A stretch of DNA of 63,974 bases, the filler included, from Catajapyx aquilonaris (Eukaryota), in assembly GCA_000934665.2 (NCBI GenBank). It is 3 parts of 3 records of this genome, joined end to end, with 100 filler letters (N's around TTAATTAATTAA, not from the genome) between each part and the next. Parts side by side here need not be neighbours in the genome. Positions count along the whole stretch, not along the records: positions 43,162 to 63,974 come from JYFJ02006183.1; 2 more parts are not named here. One strand, written 5' to 3'. A model generated the notes under the pieces. It searched no databases. It was not told where the DNA came from and was given only the letters and a program-made list of their open reading frames with translations. Position 1 is the first letter of the stretch; every line of letters starts with the position of its first letter. Below are positions 60,301 to 63,974 of the stretch, piece after piece. Both the position numbers and the translations under genes were made by a program.

Positions 60301-62395
60301 TATCTATATCTTTCTAAACGTTGTGCTCTTAAAGTAGAAAACTGGCACATTATGGTTGCCAATAAAAATGTTCTCACCAGACAATCAACTGACGGCAAAC
60401 AGCAATGATCTTAGTATCTCGGCACTCTTCAACCATCAGAACACCACGGACAGACCCCAGGACTAGGACACTTCTGTGACATTTGCCAATGGACACATGC
60501 CTGAGGACAAAAACCAAATAAACCCAATGAATACTCTGATTCTCCTTTGTTCACATAACATGATAGGGGAAGCAAGGCTACTATACCTGAATGGGTTGAG
60601 CAAGTACATGAAGGAATCATGACTTCGATGGATTTTAACCGTGCTTCCCTGTCCTGTGTACGAGGCGTTGGCAATAGTTCTGTTGCATATCTGGCTCATA
60701 ACTGTTAGGAGATGCCTACAAGGAATTATGCTTTAGAATGAGACTAGTGCCAATAAAAACAATGGGGAAGATTATTTCAGCATTATCAGTTGTGCAAACA
60801 CTACTAGCTTTTGACAAGACTTGTAAGGGATTATCATATTGTCATACCATCATTGGGGTATATACTTTTCAAGTAAAAAATATATACCATTTTGCACAGT
60901 AAGACAAATAAAATCCATTGCGTATTACTTTCATTACAAAGGTACAGTACCGTTCATAAAGAATGGTATGACTCTATGGACAAAATGTTTAGTCTGTTCC
61001 CAACCCCTGGGTCACAAGCATGTTTTTAGGGGTCATGAGGAAGGCTGGGAAAAGGCAATTGAAATCAAGAAAAAAAGAGAAGAAAAAAACAAGGCAAACT
61101 AAGAAAATTTAAGGGGGGAAATTCATCTCAAATCTATGTAAGCATTGTACCAAATTAAACATTTTGGTAATAAAAATTTTCTGAAGAAGTCGGGAGGGGG
61201 TCATATGGGTCGCCAGAGATCTAGGACAAGTTGTCCATAGTGTCGTGATGAAATCAGGTTTGGAATAATGCTGGATGGTCAGAATAAACACGTCGTCCAT
61301 AGTCGTGCCATTCTTTATGAGCGGGACTGTACTTAGGACGTACTTTTTTGGTGCAATATGCAGGTTAGTGGTAATCTTGAGGTGAGGACCATTGGCTTGA
61401 TCTGCATCCATTAGTCCTGAAGGCCAAAGCAGCCTGGTACCCTTGCTGATGCATGCAGCAATAGCAAATGGGCTGGCCACTAAGCTGCAGTGCAGCCAGG
61501 TAAGCAACTTTTTTCTATCAAAGGTGGCCAGTTTGAAATCATATCCAATCATTTTTGCCACTGGTGAGTGGAGAAGCACCTTCCATAGTGTAAGACATTG
61601 CCTGGAAAAAAAATATGTGCATAGTTAGAAGGCTCTTTCAAATGAAAGTGATCTACGTAGTTAGCCATAAGTAGAATGGTAAATGTAAATTCAGGAACAA
61701 GTATAGACTACACATCCCCACAAATCTCAACAATCAAGGGACAATGTGCCACAAGAATTAGCCAAATGCATCTCTGAATACATCCCTTTTGTACATCTTA
61801 TTGGTATCAATTTGCAATGATATCAATATATTATTAGGCAATAGTTATACTTTCCCATTAACCAAATGGCTATTCATTTTATTTATCCCTCTAGTGCCAG
61901 CAACAGAAGCTAGCTTTGCATGAGGAACCTAAACAACATACTTATCCTTTTTCACAGAAGCTCCCAATATGACGGTCAGTGCTCTAACCACGTCCAACTC
62001 TACAGTCCCTCCAGCAGTGGAGCAGTCCTATAAGAGAGAAATAAGTACTTTCACATGCTATTCTGAAATAATATCTAGCATACCTCCTGCAGCAAATCAA
62101 TAATGTTCTCTAGGTTATCTTTCACAAATGCAAGATAATATGTCTCATCCAAAACTTTCCTGGAGTTGCGTTTGCTGTTAGCATCAGGGAGTTTCGGCCA
62201 TCTAAAAATAATGAGAAATTACGATTTTATTACATCATGTACACCACATTGCTTCACATTACCCTTCAACGCTAAGAGATGATGCTGATAGTAGAGGTTG
62301 GCGAGCCTTTCTCATTATGCTTTCCTTTGCCTGCTGAATGTACAGGAAGATGATGAACTGCAGGGTGTCAATTCTATGATCACACTTCAGAGTTT
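57371..62395 (-). CDS. TBCCD1: TBCC domain-containing protein 1, 3' nine exons (5' end outside the window)
   Basis: Exons 62395-62263, 62201-62084, 62027-61942, 61601-61344, 60715-60587, 60500-60378, 58806-58488, 57665-57552 and 57493-57371 are phase-compatible. IDTLQFIIFLYIQQ, VKIHRSHDSFMYLLNP, CTFHVLTPNKP and EFYEFVVPFEMPG match recalled human TBCCD1 (VDTLQFLLFLYIQQ, CIFHVLTPTRP, EFYVFIIPFEMEG). Confidence 0.92.
58047..58413 (-). mobile_element. tRNA-derived SINE (family B)
   Basis: Head GGGGCTGAGATGGTAA...GGTTCGATCCCC, A-rich tail, 13-bp TSD AAGATTGTGTATT (58034-58046, 58414-58426). Confidence 0.88.
58994..59362 (+). mobile_element. tRNA-derived SINE (family A, copy 2)
   Basis: Head and core homologous to 38379-38620; (ATTATG/ATT)n tail; TSD ATCTTTCTAAAC(A/G)TT at 58979-58993 and 59363-59377. 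Confidence 0.9.
59380..60307 (+). mobile_element. 5'-truncated non-LTR retrotransposon
   Basis: ORF2 C-terminal remnant SLYGPSFWAL..EVERTQTYFIKK..LPRRTAGYFVRMETG and CTLYN...TLHHLIYDC; (TATC)-like tail; 17-bp TSD ATCTTTCTAAACGTTGT (59363-59379, 60308-60324). Confidence 0.88.
60945..61329. mobile_element. TA-flanked pogo-type MITE (with an internal hAT-like fragment)
   Basis: TA|CAGTACCGTTCATAAAGAATGG ... CCATTCTTTATGAGCGGGACTG|TA. Confidence 0.8.
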
Positions 62396-62619
62396 CTGCA
62401 AAACAAATTACCATTACTTTAGTAACAATATACAGTAAAACCTCAATATAATGCTCTTCAAGGGACCGACCCAAAGTAGCGTTATAAGGAGGGTAGCCAA
62501 GGAGATAGCTTTGTGTGCTGGAAATATTATTTAATTATCCCTTGTTCAGAAAATGAATGCCTTCACTGCTGCTGTGTCGATGGATGCTTCTAAACCATGG
62601 TAACCTGACCCACCACGTA

Positions 62620-63533
62620 CAGGGTGTCCACAAATGATGGGGCCAAAGTAAAAAAATTCTAGAAAATGCAACATACAAGGTACCCCCGCGAGCATAAAGA
62701 TAGAGACGACAGGCCATTTTTTGACCTTTCTTTATCCGACTGAAATTAATGAACTCTTTTTGGACCGAGTTAGCTGCTTCAGGCGTGTGTTCATGTATTT
62801 ATGACAGTATATTTGATACTGTAATTGCTGAGATTGGCAGAGCAGCCTGCCGAAGGTGAGGGCCTGCCGTCTCCATCTTTATGCTCGCGGGTGTCCAACT
62901 CCCGCACATATCTCATAGCGAAGAGGAAGGCTGAAAGATTTTTTTGACATATCTCACCACATGAAATGATTAGTGCCGTGCCATCTAGGAGTTAAAAATT
63001 GTGTCGGCAGAGGAAAAGGCTTGGTGCGTGCTGCAGAGGTTAATGCCACAGCTGCAAGAAGATGCCCCGGATTTCATCTTCCAACAAGATGGAGCGCCTC
63101 CGCATTTCCATCTCCACGTCCACGACTACCTGAATCGGCTACTGCCTCAAAGGTGGATCGGGGCGTTCCACTGACAGCGATGCAGTATTCCAGGCTTGGC
63201 CACCCCGTTCACCAGATTTGACACTGTGTGATTTTTTTGTGGGGGTACATTAAGGATGCAGTGTTTGTGCCACCCCTCCCGAGATATTTGGCCAAACTGA
63301 CGCACCGCATCACTTCTGTCGGGGCTTCCAAAACACCGGACATGCTACAATGCACCGATTTCCGGTTAAACGGCTGCCGTGTCACATGCAGTGCTCATAT
63401 CGAGGGTTTGTTTGTATGTAAAAAAACTTCCAACCTTCCTCGTTGCTATGAGATATGTACTGATGTTGTACCTTGTACGTCGCATTTTCTAGAATTTTTC
63501 TACTTTGGTCCCAAATCATTTGTGGACACCCTG
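62620..63533 (+). mobile_element. Long-TIR Tc1/mariner (rosa/DD41D-related) deletion derivative
   Basis: TA|CAGGGTGTCCACAAATGAT ... ATCATTTGTGGACACCCTG|TA; remnant FIFQQDGAPPH...RWIG...WPPRSPDLTLCDF / LWGYIKDAVF. Confidence 0.9.
62684..62893. mobile_element. Small MITE inside the left TIR of the rosa-like element
   Basis: TIR CCCGCGAGCATAAAGAT.GAGACG.CAGGCC and its mirror; absent from the right TIR copy. Confidence 0.8.
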
Positions 63534-63974
63534 TAGTCTTTCCCGAAAGTTTAGGACCATCCCCACCCAGAGGTTTTTTCATTTCTCAAGCTTAAGCTTA
63601 CAGGATAAATTAAAAGTGTAAGGTACAGTATGTTGAAAGCGTCTTCAATAATGCTATAAAACAAAAAAGGAACAGTCATGCTATTTCTTTGTCTTTAACA
63701 AATATCGACAAAAACCTACATTTTCAACTACAGCATAAATATTAATTAATAAAGGTAGTTCAGGTAGTTCAGGTAGTTGGCCCTTACGGGGATGATCAAG
63801 GGACCAGAAAAAAGGGGTGTTCAAAGCGGGAAAGTGTTATATGCGGGGGCGTTATATCGAGGTTTTACTGTATTCAGACAGCCTTATTTACATTTATCAA
63901 AATTATTTCTAGATAAACTTTCCATGGTTGGGTAGCACGGCAGTGCGTCCGCCAAGTCTCCTCCCACCCTCCCT

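Larger units (their letters stand above)
62433..63870. mobile_element. pogo/Tigger-type MITE (host of a nest)
   Basis: TA|CAGTAAAACCTCAATATAATGC ... GCGTTATATCGAGGTTTTACTG|TA. Confidence 0.88.

Noticed and set aside
1..63974. A functional cluster linking TPR, HBP1, CCDC9, the SDR, the EGF gene and TBCCD1
   Set aside because: The genes lie on three artificially joined scaffolds and have unrelated functions; no evidence for a shared system.

Overview
Intron-rich animal genomic DNA, almost certainly arthropod given a Dumpy-type EGF/DPY gene and insect-like MITEs and SINEs. It is not one locus: two 100-bp artificial spacers (N44-TTAATTAATTAA-N44 at 21489-21588 and 43062-43161) join three scaffolds of about 21 kb that are probably unlinked. 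Segment 1 holds the 5' exons of nucleoprotein TPR/Megator (-). Segment 2 holds an HBP1-type AXH+HMG-box gene (-) head-to-head with a CCDC9-like gene (+). Segment 3 holds a complete retinol-dehydrogenase-like SDR (-), a complete secreted 514-aa EGF/DPY 'mini-dumpy' gene (+) and the 3' nine exons of TBCCD1 (-). Introns and intergenic DNA are packed with non-autonomous elements (Tc1/mariner/pogo, hAT, piggyBac-like, Kolobok-like, CACTA-like, Helitron, SINEs, truncated LINEs), often nested with readable target-site duplications (TSDs). The most notable observations are an invertebrate HBP1 with CtBP-type motifs, a five-level transposon nest containing a foldback with an apparently templated arm duplication, a SINE and a LINE inserted at the same target site, and SINEs with swapped tails. 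I found no prokaryotic-type system, CRISPR array or clearly novel multi-gene system. Gene names come from recalled protein motifs, not from a database search.
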